A stretch of 64,000 bases of DNA from the human T2T-CHM13v2.0 reference genome, Homo sapiens: NCBI RefSeq assembly GCF_009914755.1, contig NC_060933.1. The stretch is one strand, 5' to 3'. This document shows positions 43,481 through 61,575 of the stretch, piece by piece. The notes under the pieces are model-generated. The model was not told the DNA's origin. It saw only the letters and a list, made by a program, of their open reading frames with translations, and searched no databases. Positions within the stretch are counted from its first letter, which is position 1; each line of letters starts with the position of its first letter. The translations under genes and the position numbers were made by a program.

Positions 43481-46400
43481 AGGGCAGAGATGACTAAGAC
43501 AGGGATGGCGGGAGGGGGGAGCCATTTGCAGAACCTAATCCCCCTCCCGCCTCTGATCCCACAAGGCGCTGAGAGGCCTAGGTGGCGGAGAGAGGAACAA
43601 CCGCAAAGACAAAGGGTCCTGGGTTTAGCGGGGCAGGCAGGGTCGTGACCCGCAGGCTCCCCACAAACCCCCAAAGGGAGGCAGAAATAGTTTTTCTGGT
43701 GCTGAGGAGAGAGAAGAAAGATAGGAGCTCTCCAGGTACTGGAGGTGGGTTGGGGGGCTGGGCAGACTGGGGGATGAAGTGAGAGAGTTTACACTGACCC
43801 CGTCTTTCATCTCCCCCCCATCTTCTTCAGAAACTCTTGCTTTCTTCCAATGACCTTCAGGGCCAAAAAAGTGACTGGCACATGGGAGAGGGAGGCAGGG
43901 GCCCTTGTCCGCAGAGGTACAGCAGTTCTGTCCAAGCCAGGTTCTGCTGCAAAACCTCAGGCAAGTCACTTGCCCTCTCTGAGCCTCAGTGTCCCCATCT
44001 CTAACATGGACAGTGGGACTGGGTGGTTGTTCCTGCCCCTCAAATGTCCTGGGAAACCCATGCCAGCCCTAGAGGTGAGAGGGAGAGGACCTGACTGGAG
44101 CCATGTGTGTGTGGGACGTTGGAAGGCCACCGTGGGGGCGGCCGTGCCCATCTGGTCAGCAGAGGGGAAGGCATCTGTCTCTCCAATGGCTCCTGCAGAG
44201 CCCCCCTTCTGATCACATGACCCCCGGAGCTGCAGAGACACAGGCAAGAGACACACCACGGGCCCCTTCCCCAAGGGCCAGCAGTCAGGGATATCCAGCA
44301 GTTTAGAATGGAGAAACCATATTCCTACCTCTCGTCCTTTGAATGTTGGCTGAACTCCTGCCCCATGCCAGGCTGCGTGCTTCAGGCTTGGGGTAGGGAG
44401 GGGACCAACTGGTGATTTCAGCCCGCATCTACTGAGCCCATCCCATGCATCCCCCTATGCTGAGTCCTTCATAGGCTCACAGGAGCTCCCAAGAGGCAGG
44501 TACCATGATGCCCATCCTACAGATGAGGAAACTGAGACCCTGGAGGTTAGATGCCTTGCCCAAGGTCACACATTCAGAAAGGGCAGCAGCTGTTAGACTC
44601 CAAAGCCCAATTCCTAATCTCGACACTGCACATCCTCTGACAGCCGGGTCCTGCACCAGGCACAGGGACGTGTGGGTGGGTGGGCCTCCATTTCCCCATC
44701 TGCGGAATGGAAACGCTGACAGCCGCTGCCCTGCCTTCCTGAGAAGGTGACTGTGGGCTCCACCGAGTTCATGGGTGGAAAGGTGCTTTTGTAAACATGC
44801 GGGAGGGGGCGCTGATAGCCAATTAGGCTTGGGGACCTGCATGCCCAGCCCCTGCCTTCCTGGAGCCCATGACGCAGGGGCCATCCCTGACCACAGCAGA
44901 TTTCATCGAGTACTTGCTTGTTGAGTGGTGGAGCAAGGTTTGGACCGTGCCCCAGGAGGCCTGGGCCCTCTGGCTGCCCTCTCCACCCCAATGCCCTTGG
45001 CCGTTGTCCCCACAGGAGGATGTGCAGGGTGTCCAGATGCAGGCCCAGGGCAGGGGAGGGGGCTTAGGATGATGTGAAGGAGTAGGCAGAAAAGCATTCA
45101 TGATCCTCTGAAAGCTAGTGAGAAGGCCAGGGAAACTGAGGCTCAGTGGGTTCCACTGTCTCAGCCTGCCAGCTCCCTCAAGGGCTCCTGACCTCTCCAA
45201 CAGGGCTCAGTCCCCAGACTGGTGAGCATAGTAACAGCCATTCTGTCTCCTGGGGCTTCCCAGGAGCCAATCCCCAACAGAAAATGCTTCACAGGAAAAT
45301 GCATCAGGGCTGCCCCAGGCCCACCCGGGCTTCTGGGTGCTCAGGAGGATCCTGCTGTCAACTCTGCAATGGAGGTAGCCTTGCAGCTGCCTGGGATGCT
45401 GCTAGAACTTGTCTGGGTCTATACTATTTCTTCACCCCCTTCCCTTTTACAGAAGGGAAAACTGAGGCCAATTCATTCAGTCATTTAGCAAACATTTGTG
45501 GAGGGTGCACGATGTCTCAGCACTGGGGATTCTATGGTGGAAAAGACCAAGACTCTGCACTGCAGAGGGAGAAACTCAGAAGACAACTGGAAAATGTGGT
45601 GAACGTCAGGGAGGGGAGTGGGGCTGCTCTCCCCAGGGAGGTCAGAGGTCTCCAGGAGGAGGTGGCATCTGAGATGAGAACCAAGGGATGAGAAGCTGTG
45701 TAACTTGCCAGGGGCGGGAGAGTTCCAGGCCAAGGGAAAGGTGCAAAGGCCCCGGGGTAGCAAAGAATTTGGTGCCTTTGAAGAACAGAAAGGAGACCCT
45801 GTAGCTGGTATTCAGCTAGCAAGGGGGAGACAGGACCTGAGAGATAGGCAGGGGCTAGATCTACAAAGCCCTTAGGCCATGAGGAGTGAGGAGTTTGGGT
45901 TTATTTTCTCTCTTGTGGGAAGCTTTTTAGTAGTGGAGTGATGAGCTAATTCTAGCAAGGGTGTGACTGGGGGAGCGGGTGAGGGAAAAGGCAGGAGACT
46001 GGTGGGGAGGCTGCTGCAGTGGGCAGGGGGTAGTGGGGGGCCTGGACAAGGGCTTCAGCTGCAACCAGAAGGAGAATGGTGGGTGGGTTTCAGGATATAT
46101 TTTAGAGGAAGTCCTGCTGGAGGATGAATGTGGAGGGTGAGGAAAGAGGAATCAATGATGACTTCTGGGACTTTGACCTGAGCTCCTGGGTGGGTGTTGG
46201 TGCCATTAACAGAGTCGGGAAGAGTAAGGAGGAGCAGACTGGGGGGATGGGGGAAGACCAGGGTTTGGTTCTGAACATATTGAGCCTGAGATGCCTGTTA
46301 GACTTCTAAGTGGAAGATGTCAGCTGGCAGTTTGGTGATGCAAGTTGAGAGCTCAGGGGGAAGACGGGCTGGAAATAAAAATTTGGAAGTCGTTGGTGTA

Positions 46401-47126
46401 GAGATGGGATTTAAACCCGAGAGTAGATGAGCTCATCCTGGGGGTAAGTGTAGATGGGGGAGTGTTTGTGGACCCAGCACACACCATCCTTTCATGAACA
46501 GATGCCTGGTGCCCTAGGCCAAAGGGGCCTCCTCGCTGTCCCTCCAGCTCCTCTTTGTCACCCCCGCCCCGCTACACCCCCCACCCCAGTGCTCCTCTAG
46601 GGCCAAGAGTGGGTTGTCCTAGGGCAGGCCAAGTCTGGTGGGAATGTGGCAGAGGGGCCGAGAGCATGGTGTGGAGTCAGACCTGCCGAGTATGAAGCTC
46701 AACTCTGCCACTTACAAGCAGAGAAACCCTGGGCATGTTCCCCAAACCCTGCCCAGCTGCTATTTCCTCATCTGTAAAATGGGGATAATAATAGCACATC
46801 CCTTGTGAGATTATGGTGAGTGTTGAAACAATCCCCAGGAAGCACTCGGGGCAGGGCCTGGCATGGAGGACGCGCTGCTTCTATCCCTGCCTGGGCGTAG
46901 ACAGGCAAGCCCTCTGGGATGGCGTGGGCTGGGAGGTGCACCAGGATGGGGGCACGGGTTGGGGATCTTCTCCATCCAGGGTAGGGTAGGGGTCCTGAGG
47001 AGCGACCCTCTGCCCAGAGCCGAAGGAGCAGCCTGGGAGGAAGGGTTTTAGGTTTCCCCGTAACTCTGCCTACCCCCCACCCCCAGGCTTTCTGTCTCCC
47101 CCAATGCCCTTGTCCCTTCCTCCCCA

Positions 47127-47437
<311 letters not shown>

Positions 47438-49078
47438 TCTCTGCTCTGCATTCTATCCCAGCATGGACGTGATGCTGGTCTCTGGACTCTGAGAGCCCTT
47501 CTCTTTGTCAAACCTAGCCTTTCCCAGGGGAGACAGCCCCCTCCCCACTATTAAGCTCTGTCTCTTCCTCTGAACACACCAGGATGCATCATAGTGGTCC
47601 CATTTCTCAGATTTGGAGATGGAGGCCAAAGTCTATTAGGGGATAAATGAGACATCCTAGGCAGAGTATCGATGACCTGGATGGGGCAGAGGGAACTAAT
47701 ATTTCCTTGGCACTTGCTGTGTGCCAGGCCCTGAGGATACAGTTGTGAGTCAGCCAGACCCATCCTGCTTGGGGAGGCTTGCGGCTGATCGGGGCAGACA
47801 GACATGAAATCCACAAAGAGCACGTTTGTCGTGTATTTTGAAGGAGGCTGCTCCTGCGTTGCAAGGAGCCTGACATTGAGGGGAGGGGGGCTTTCTGGGC
47901 CATCAGAAGGCCTCCTGAGGAGGTAGCATTTAAGATTGGACCTGAGCAAGACTAGGACGTGGTCAAGCCAAGGTGTGGACTTCCGCAGGTGCAGGGACTG
48001 TCCTGAGCAAAGAGTTAGGGGGAAAAGAGCCCAACGGGTTTGAGAACCCGGATGAAGGATGAAGGGCAGTGTGGCTGAGTGAGGAGCAGAGGCCAGAGGT
48101 GAGACTAGGAGGGTTGGGGAGGCGGGGCTTGAGGGGCCTGTTAGGGGCCCTTTGACACCCCCCCACCCACCTGGAGAGCTGCCACACTCTGCTCCAGCCT
48201 CTGCATGCTCAGAGCACGCAGCTGCCACATGCTAAGCACACACTGCCTGTGGGCCACATGTGGAGCACACCCCTGGGGCTGGAAACATGGAAATGCACCC
48301 ATCCACAGCCAGAGGACATCCTCTCCAAACCCACACCCCACCGTGGCCCAGAGGAGCTGGGAGTGAAAGGTGACCCTGGCAGACAGTATCTGATCTCGGC
48401 GCCAGGAGAATTGAGTTTCCCAGGCCCTGGCTGGGTCAGAGGGTCGGACCCAGGGAAGGGGGTGCAGGTGGGAGAGTGGAGAGGGTGGGCAGGGCAGGAG
48501 TGGAGGAAGTGGGTCATGGACACAGTGCTGTCAGGCGTGGAGAAACGGACGCCCACATGCCATATGTCTATGTATTCCAGTTATAAATCAAGCTGAGGAA
48601 TTGCTAAATGCAATACATTCTGCCCTCCCACCATAACAAACACACCTTCATCACAACCTGACCAGCTGGGTTTGAATTCAGAATTTCAGACTCCTTGGAG
48701 TTCCGTGGTGGATGTGGAGGCGTGGGGACAGGTGTCCCCTCTCCGCAGGCTGCCCCGTCATTTCCCTCTTTATCCCTCCAGGGTTCACTTGTGAACACCC
48801 CAGCCCTCATATCCCAGCTCCAGAAAGGACCCACCTTGGGCCTGGGCTGGTCCCCACTTGGGCCTGGGCGGTGGGCTTGGAACTGCTTGAGAGGGAATTC
48901 TGGGGCATCTGAGCGTAGCCTACGAGGGGAGCACAGGCTTCAGCTGGGCACCTCCCCTGGCCCCTGGGGAACTCTTTGCCCCATGGGGAGGGTGAAGCCA
49001 GAGGAGGTCCAGAGAGGGACCCCTAAGTGTAAGTCTCAGACTAAGGGCTCCATTCCCCAGGCCTAAGGGCAGTACTGA

Positions 49079-49755
<677 letters not shown>

Positions 49756-51396
49756 GTTTTTAGATGGCAAAAATGACACAGAGAGCGTAGGGAACCTGCC
49801 TAATGTCACACAGCAATTGAATCAGAGGCAGGCCAGGAACAGGCATGGGTCTCCTGCCTCCAGTCCACACTTTTCCATGCTTCTGTCTACCCTATTCCCC
49901 ACCCCAGTCCCACCCATGTGTGCACACACCTACACACCTCAGTGTCTCCTCCTCTCCTCTTCCTGGGCGACTCTCTGGCACTCTTACCCATTCCCTGGAA
50001 TGAAATCTGGCTAAGAAACAAGAATCATTTGGAGAAGTCAGCCCTGGCAACTTAGAATTACTATAAGCAACAGAAAAAAAAAAAAGTAATATTGAGCTTG
50101 GAAGGTGTTCAAAATATTCTCCTGAATGGCATCTTCCCAGTGCCCTGGCCAGAGGCCCCAAGATCAACTGCCTGCCGGCTCCCCCATCCTCCCCATCTGA
50201 CTTGGTCCCCATGCCCTGTGGATTCTGCCCAGTTCACTCCTGTCTACCTCAGACTCCAGCCCCTTTGTCTTAGCAGCAGAGGTAGTTTCCTCCCTTGCCC
50301 CCTAACCCGTTCCCCGCCCGACAGCAGGAAACTCTCTCCAGCCTCCCAATCTATCTTCCTAGCTTGAAGCCCTCTTTGGATTCCCTGCCCTCAAAACGGA
50401 ACCCCACACCTGAGTTGGGCCCCTGAGGGCTGATTACCCAGTCCTGCTTCCTTTCAGCCGCTCCCTCCTGGTCTACCTGAATATATTACAGTGCGTGGGA
50501 AAAATAGGGCCGTGCCCTCTCTCTCACTCTCCTGGGGTGCTATTGCATATGCTGTTCTCTCGCCTGGAAGCCTCTTTTTTTTTTTTTTTTTTTTTTTCTG
50601 TACAGACAGGGTCTTGTTATGTTACCCAGGCTGGTCTCAAACTTCTGGCCTCAAGCCAGGTCTCAAACTCCTGGCCTCAAGCTGGGGCTTGAACTCCTGG
50701 CCCCAAGCGATCCTCCCACCTCAGCCTCCCAAAGTATTGGGATTACAGGATTCCAGGTGGCTGGCCCCTGGAAAGCTCTTCACCCTGCCGTTGTCTTCCT
50801 CTTTCACTGGGTCTTTCCTCCAAGTGTCACATCAGCCAACACCTCCTCTGGGATGCCTTCTCTGATGACCCTCTCCTGCCATGACCTGGCCCTCCCTGTG
50901 TGGGGTGGGGCTTTGTTTTCTCCCAGATGGGAAGCTGTAGAGGAAGAAAGAAGCCCGTTGCCTTGGGCTCAGAGCTCCTGGCAGAGGGCGGCTCCAACCA
51001 TGGTTAATATTAACAACGTATCTAGTCATGACTGTGTTATTCTTTAATCACTCTGTCTCATGTGCCTCTCTTCTTAGGTCAGGGAAAGGAGGCCACTAGC
51101 CAGGGTGGGGAGAAAAATCTCAGCGGGTGAATGCACCCTCACCCCCAACCTGGGTCCCCATTTCAAAGGAATGCAATGCTGTAGCACATAAAGCACCCAG
51201 CACATGGCACGTGCTCAGGAACTGGGACCTGCCAATGGGCACCCCCTGTTAGGTCCTTCCACAGCCAGGATCTCAGGGCATTCCCTCAGCAGCCCTAGGA
51301 GGCAGCTGCTGGCCTGTGTCCTATTTCACTGGTGGGCAAACTGAGGTTCAGAACAAGGAAATAATTTAGTGGCTGAGTTGGGGTTCCTTCTCATCA

Positions 51397-51591
<195 letters not shown>

Positions 51592-51857
51592 TCAAGGAAG
51601 GAAGGAAGGAAAGAAGGAGGGAAACAGAAAGAGGATCCAGATGTAGCTGCATAGTGAATAACTTTGGAAATGTCTATGATATGTTAGGTGAATAGAGAAG
51701 CTATCAAAGGGCTGATAACCCAGTGTGCATGTGAGCGCCTGAGAGGCATGTGATTTCACCTTTCTGAGTCTCAGTTTCTTCCCTGTAACATGGAGAAACT
51801 GATCACTCTGATTTCACACAGCCATGCAAGAATCGATCCAAAGGCTGTAGATTTTCT

Positions 51858-52010
51858 TAAACAGCTTTACTGAGGTATAATTTACATGCCATACCATTCA
51901 CCCATTTTAAAGGCACAATTCAATGATCTTTGGTATATTCACAGAGTGGTGCAACCATCATCACTATCTAATTTTAGGATATTTCCGTCACCCTAAAAAG
52001 AAATCTTGTG
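51858..52010 (-). mobile_element. Old L1M 3' end fragment
   Basis: aacagctttactgaggtataatttacatgccataccattcacccattttaaagg...gtgcaaccatcatcact. Confidence 0.75.
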
Positions 52011-52051
52011 CTGATGTAGATTTTCAAGTCCCTGGCAGAGTCCCTGGCTGA

Positions 52052-52511
<460 letters not shown>

Positions 52512-54358
52512 TGATTTTAAAAATTAGAGGCAAAAGAGATCTATTTCCCTTTTGAAAATACAAAGTCATCAACCCTTGGATTGATGGAAGGGAGGGAGGG
52601 AGGGTGGGAAAGAAAGTAGGAAGGATGAGAAGATAAGAAATAAGGGAAGGTAATAGGCTCTGCTTAATAGGGAGAAAGATTGCTGTGGAGAGAGCACCTA
52701 CCCGGACTCAGGAGCCCTACCTTGTCACCAACTTGCACCATGATCTTGGGCAAGACTCTTCCCTTTTGTGCCTCAGTTTCTACCCTATACAATGAAGCCG
52801 ATGGTAGAGCTCATCTTCCATTCCCTCTTTTGGTCAGTGCGGGTGTCCTGAGAGTCTGCTACATGCCAGACCCAGGGCTAGGTGCTGGGATATTGTGACA
52901 AACAAGTCTAGCCTAGTCCCTGCTCCCGGGGCCATCAGAACATCAAGGAAAGCCAAGGCCAGAACTGCCCTGCAGTGTTCAGACCTCAGCTTGAAATTCA
53001 TGAGCTGTGACGGGGCTGCCTAGGGTCCCCTGGGGCAGCAGGAACAGAGAGCGACTTGTTGCCTGGGGGTAGCCTCACCTCCTCCCAACTGTATTTCTTG
53101 GCCTACCCACTCCCTTGCAGGCACCCCAACTCCCTGCTTCAGAGCACGCCCCTGCCCACCCCCCTTGCCTTCCACCTCCAGGGTCAAGATCTGGCTGGAA
53201 ATATCCTGCCCTCACCCCCAAGCTCACTGCCATCCTCCAGGAAACCCACCGTCCAACTCTCTCCCCGCTGCCTCTTCTGGTGACGAGGCTGTGGGAGTCC
53301 AGCCTGTGGTCTCAGCATGCCCAGCAAGCTATCGTTATTTATAATCATAGTAGCCACGATTGGTTCAGCCATCAGTTTGTATAAGCCTCACAGCAACCCA
53401 TTTTACTGATGTGGAAACTGAGGCTCAGAGAGGTATGGTCATTTGTGCACAGCCACACAGCTCCTACATGACAGCTCAGACATTCAATGTGGGGTCCATC
53501 TGACATCAGAGCCCAAAAAAGAGGAGGCATAGAAGAATGACCGGCACTGGGTGCACGCCCAGTTAAGCACGTTACTTCCTGGGGTCATTTGCATTCAGCA
53601 GGGCCTGGGAACCAGGATCCCAGAGCTCTGATCCCAAGTCTCAGGTCCTAGAGTAGGGGTAGGGGTAGGGGTCACATCAGCCCTTGGGTTCAGTTTCTCC
53701 AGACCCCTCTCACGGTGACAACTCCAGTTCAGACAGGGAGTGTGGCATTTGGGGTTCCTGAGAGGTGTTTGTTTCGTCCCCTCATGTTTCACGTTTGAAG
53801 GTGCCTCTGCAGATGGCCAGGCACAGCCTCCCTGGGAACCCACCATCTGCTCCAAATGAGTGGGGAGAACTGGCATGCCAGCAGCCGCCCCTCCCACGCT
53901 GGGCACAGCACGCGGCCTCCGAGGCTGGTGGGCCTGATACTTTTCTCTGGGCACCTGTTCTGTCCTCCCTTAGCCTAACCAGGAGCTGGAGGCTGGATCT
54001 AGTCTGGATCCCCACTGGGGAGAAGGAGGGCCACCTAGGGGACCCTTAAACAGAGGGCTAAAGTGGGACAGTGTGTCCAGGTGAAAGGGAAGAGCTAGGG
54101 AGCTGCTGAGTCATGCACATTCCTTCTCGTGTTGCCTGCACGCCTACTACGTGCGGGGCCTGTGCCAGGCAGGAACCCGGAAGTGAGTGAGGAGCTCATT
54201 GTCCGGACCTGGGGACCTGCTGGTCCTCCCCACTGTCAGTCCAGACGTGAGACTGGGAAGCAGACCTCTCGGGTCCTGGCACCAGGCACCAGGCCAAGGA
54301 AAGGCCAATGTAGGATTCGATGAAGGAGCCAGCCTGGCAGTGGCTCCTCAGCATGGGG

Positions 54359-54545
54359 CAGATGGTCCTTAAACTTAACACGGAGTGTGGAAACCACCTG
54401 AGGATCCATTTAAAACCCAGATTCTGCCTCCCCATGAAGCCCTCTTGAGATTCTAGCCCAGCATGCCTGAGGAGCATGCGTCTGGACAAACTACCCAAGG
54501 CATTCTGATGCAGGCCGCGTGAGGGCCTCACTTTGAGAACCTGGG
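54359..54545. mobile_element. MER5-like hAT-Charlie DNA transposon remnant
   Basis: ...cccagattct...ccaaggcattctgatgca...cactttgagaac, typical MER5 pattern. Confidence 0.65.
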
Positions 54546-56504
54546 CCATGACAGAGATGGGCCACCTCCCCATCTGGGCACCAGGAGATCTTGGCTCTGG
54601 GAGGGGTTGACCCCCAGACATGGCCCTGCCTCTAGTCTCTGCTTCCCAGAAGCTACTTGCCCTTTAAGTAGCCCTGGGGAGGCAGCAGGCAGCTGGCCCA
54701 GACCCTGACCACCCAGCATTCTTGCCAGCTGGGCCCTGGGCTCCCCACACCCGCTATGTGGCACCTTGGAGACCTCCACCCCTCAGGCTCACCAGGGCTG
54801 CGTGGGCCTGTCTGCTCAAGGAGAGGCCTCTCAGGGAAGAACTCCAGGGAAAGTCCACGTCTCTGTGTGGGGGACTCTTTGTGGGGAGTCCCATCCTTTC
54901 CAGCCCCTCCTGCAGTTTCCATGGCAACTACTGTTGCCATGGTGTTGCTGGTGAGGAGCTGGTGGAGAAGAGGGTGGACCCCCGGCCCCCACACCCACCC
55001 CAGCTTCTATGAGAACAGCTGTTCTATCTCCACAGCCCTGGGGGACTCCCAAAACTGGAAGTCACGCCCCCAAAGGAGTCTTTGAGTAAAGGATGGGAGA
55101 GATTGAGACCGGAAGTCCTCCCACCCCCCAGCAAACCCCCTCCCTCTGTGCCGCCTGGCACACCTCTGTTCTAGCACATACCACGCTGCATTGCATTATC
55201 TGTTTACTTGTCTGTCTCTCCCACCACACTGTGAGTTCCTCAGGGTGGGAACTGTCTGACTCATCATCTCCCATCCCCAGAGCCCGGCACAGGGCCCGGC
55301 ACAGACTGAATTTAATTGAATTACATAAAAAGCCAAGTCTGGCTTCTTGGGTTTGAGACAGCACCATTGAATGAGGAAGTTTCCAGGCTGAGGGTCCAAC
55401 AGACACTCAGCTTTGAATCCCCACTCTGCTGTGTGACCTTGGGTGAGTCACTTCACCTCTCTGAGCCTCAGCTGCTTCCTCTGTAAAATGATAATCTCTA
55501 TATCAGAGCACAGATTCGAGGACTTGGAGATTCAATCAGAATTTATTGAGTGCCCCTTGTGTGCTAAGCCCTGTCCTGGGCACTGGGATACAGTGGCAGA
55601 CAGAAAGAGGCTGCCCTGCTCACTGTCTGGCAAGAATGAAAAGCATTTGCCTGGTGCGCAGAAATGATGAATATACACAGGGCTTACCATCCTTCTCCTT
55701 CTCCAGTATAATTCCTGACTCCTCCCCAGCAGCGTCCACTTCCCCAGACGTGAGGCAGTGGAGAGGCTTCAAGAGGGGGCTTTGAACCTAGGAGCTCTGG
55801 GTCTAGTCTGTTGTACCTAAGACCCTTAGCTCCTGACCCTGGGGTGCAAGAAGACTTGTGAGTCTGGGTCAGGCTCTGGGCTGGGAGCAAGAGACCTGGG
55901 TTCCACCTCTGGCTCTGTAGAGCTTGAATGTATCTTTTTCCCTCCCTGGGCCTCTCCATGAATAAGGCGCTGGCTGTGTCTCAATGGTCCCTCGGGCTTC
56001 GACCTGTTCCCCCCTTTCCTGGGCCCTGGAGATCCCATGACTGGCAATTCTGACATCCTGATTCCTGGAGAGGCCTTCACCCTTGTGCTTGCGCCAGCTG
56101 GAGGGTGGTGCAGAGGGAGGTGGATGAAAAGAGCTGACTGGACAGAGAACCGGCACCCACAAGAGTCAGCCAAAAGGACAGCTGAGGTTGACATTGGCAC
56201 GAGCAGATGTCTAAGCTATAGACTGTCAGGTCTGGGGACGGGGGATGACTTTGGGACCTCTCAGTCCAGTCCTTCAAAGGCGGCTCGGTTCACAGGGGGC
56301 TGAAGGGCAGGGGAGTGTCACTGCAGAGTCAAATATATCCGAGACCAGGGTCTGCTCTGCCAGATACTGGCTGTGCAACCTGAATGTCTCTAAGGTGCAG
56401 CTCCCTCATCTGCAAAATGGGGGTAATAACAGCACCTGCCTCATGGGGCTACAGTATGGAGCCCCACTAAGCGCCTGGCATGCAGTAGGCACTAAGAAGC
56501 ATGA

Positions 56505-56815
<311 letters not shown>

Positions 56816-57312
56816 CATGAGTCCTTTTCCTTGCCACCTCCTTCCCCACTCTTCTTCAACCCTAGCCATATGGAGCCTGGAGAAGGGGAAGTGAGATGCT
56901 GCCCTGCCCCACAGCGGAAGGGAGGGGAGAAGTTACAGCTCTGTTTCCTGGGATCCACTCTGTGGGCATTGGACACATAGGCATGTGGGAGACCCCATGC
57001 CTCAGTTTTCTGGGGCTGAATGGCCGTGGCTGAGTTGGGGCAGGGACTTCCTATTGGTTCAAAACCAACACAGGACGTATCTAGGAGTTGATCCAGTCTC
57101 TTGGCAGCTCAGATGCATAAATTCTGTGACCCAGGCGACTTGAGGAAAAGTATTTTCCACCTTTCTGGGCTGCCATATGCTCTTAGTTACCTGAAGCCCC
57201 TGGGCTAAGGAGCGGTGGAGCCAGCACTTTGGAAGGAGCTTTGGCTTTCCCAGGGGCCGGACAGGTACCCCTGGGACAGAGGGCGCCCCCTCATATCTTG
57301 ACCCTCCTTTGA

Positions 57313-57501
<189 letters not shown>

Positions 57502-57680
57502 TGACTGTGGGCCTCGTTCCCCTTAGGGATAGCGGGGATCAAAATACATAATGGAGACGTGGGTGGTGGTTCTGCTTGGGTGTGTCTAGGGGGTTCTATT
57601 ACCGGTGGGAGATGAAAACCCCCAGGTGGGGTTCCAGACCTTGATGCCTACTGCCCTTCCCCTGCCCGCTTCTGGAGCAG

Positions 57681-57830
57681 AATATGCCGAGTTCCTGCAC
57701 TGCAAGGGAAAGAAATTCACCGACTTCGAGGAGGTGCGCCTTGAGATCGAGGCCGAGACCGACAGGGTCACCGGCACCAACAAGGGCATCTCGCCGGTGC
57801 CTATCAACCTCCGCGTCTACTCGCCGCACG
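57681..57830 (+). CDS. DNM1: Dynamin-1 exon 3
   Basis: (E)[49 protein letters not shown]; 150 nt. Confidence 0.97.
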
Positions 57831-58032
57831 GTGAGGACCCTGGCCCCGCCCTAACCTCTAAGAATCATTTTCTTGGCCACGCATCTCTGCGTGCCTCGCT
57901 CCTCCTGCAGACTCCGCCCCTAGAATGACCCTGCCTCTGCATCATCCTATTCCAAGCTCCACCCAGCCGTGATTCCGCCCACTTCCGGCCACGCCTCCAA
58001 CAGACTGCCACTTTCGCCCTGAGATTTCCTAG

Positions 58033-58428
<396 letters not shown>

Positions 58429-58586
58429 TGAACGGTCTAAGAATAGCGGTGGGATCAGATTTGTACCTTTAAAAATCACTTTGGGGGTCAGGCATGGTAG
58501 CTCATGCCTGTAATCCCAGCACTTTGGGAGGCCAAGCCGGGAGGATTGCTTGAGCCCAGGAGTTCGAGACAAGGCTGGGCAACCTA

Positions 58587-58763
<177 letters not shown>

Positions 58764-59061
58764 TCAAAAAAGAAAAAAAGGCTGGGTGCAGTGGCTCATG
58801 CCTGTAATCCCAGCACTTTGGGAGGCCAACTTGGGAGGATCGCTTGAAGCCAGGAGTTGGAAACCAGCCTGGCAACAAAGCGAGATCCCATCTCTAACAA
58901 ATAAAAAAACAAGAAGAATAAATAAAAATCATTTTGGCTACTCTGTGGAAAATGAATAAGGGGGAAAGAGAGGAGGCAGTGAGCAGGCAGGGGGCCGAGG
59001 AGAGCAGGGGGATGGGAGTGGGAGTGCATGGAATTGTGTGTGAGAGCGGGTGCAGCTGTAG

Positions 59062-59491
<430 letters not shown>

Positions 59492-59825
59492 TAAATTAAG
59501 TGTGTTCTGAGAGTGAACAGCAGAGGTTAGCCTCTCCGTAGTGCAGATAGACAAACTGAGCCTCAGAAAAGCAAAGCAACTTGCCCACAGCCCCACAGCT
59601 AGGTAGCAGCAAAGCTTCACTGACCTTTCCCTGTCTGGGACCTGCCAGGGAAGCCCTGGAAGTCCCCAACACAGAGAAGGCCAAGACCTATGTGGAGGGT
59701 GTCATGGGGAAGAGCTTGGGTTTGGGGGCCAGGATTCAAGTATACTCGGCTGAAGACCTTGACAGGGAATCCCAGGGGCTTCCCCAGGACTTTTCTCCAT
59801 CTGGAATGGGGCATCCAGAACTGAA

Positions 59826-59837
59826 GCGCGCGCGCGC

Positions 59838-59868
<31 letters not shown>

Positions 59869-59875
59869 TGTGTGT
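59826..59875. repeat. (GC)13(GT)12 compound microsatellite
   Basis: Read directly from the sequence. Confidence 0.97.
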
Positions 59876-59943
59876 CTGTCTGACTGTCTGTCTGTGTAGG
59901 CAAGACCTGGTTTCCAATCCCAGTTTTGTCACTCCCCCTCTGA

Positions 59944-60565
<622 letters not shown>

Positions 60566-61212
60566 TAGGATTGTTGTAAAGGTTCAGGGAGATACTGTGT
60601 GGGGGCACCTAGTGAGCATGAGTGCTAGAACTTGAGAATGACCTTAAAGGAGGCTTTAAACCCAGAGGGTCCAAGGGGCAGCCCTCTGGCCACCCCTGCC
60701 TCAGACGCACGTCTAAAAATATTAAATTGGGATGGTATGGTGGTTCATGCCTGTAATCCCACCACTTTGGGAGGCTGAGGCGGGTGGATCACTTGAGGCC
60801 AAAAGTTCGACACCAGCCTGGCCAACAAGGCGAAAACCTGTACTAAAAATACAAAAAATTAGCTGGGCATGGTGGTGCACGCCTGTAGTCCCAGTTACTT
60901 GGGAGGCTGAGGCAGGAGAATTGCTTGAAACTGGGAGGCAGAGATCGCAGGTTGCAGTGAGCTGAGATCACGCCATTGCACTCCAGCCTGGGTGACGAGT
61001 GAAACTCCGTCTCAAAAAAATAATAATAATAAATAAAAATAAAAAGATTAAATTGGCCAAAAATCAGGAAATTCCAAATACAAATCCAGATTTCTGGCTT
61101 TATTGAAAATTATGCACTCATTAATTCAACTAATACATCTCTGCAAGCTCCTTCTATGAACCAGTTTTCTTGCTAGTGGCCCGGGCAGCAGTGGCAGGGC
61201 TGCCCTCCATAG

Positions 61213-61455
<243 letters not shown>

Positions 61456-61575
61456 TGAGGCTCCCCCAGCTCCTATCACTGAATCCCCGCCCCCAGCCTC
61501 TCAGCGTGGGGCTCTCCCAGGGTTCCCTTTGCTGGGCTGCTCCTGCCCCCTCAGGCCACACCACTCTCCCACCAG

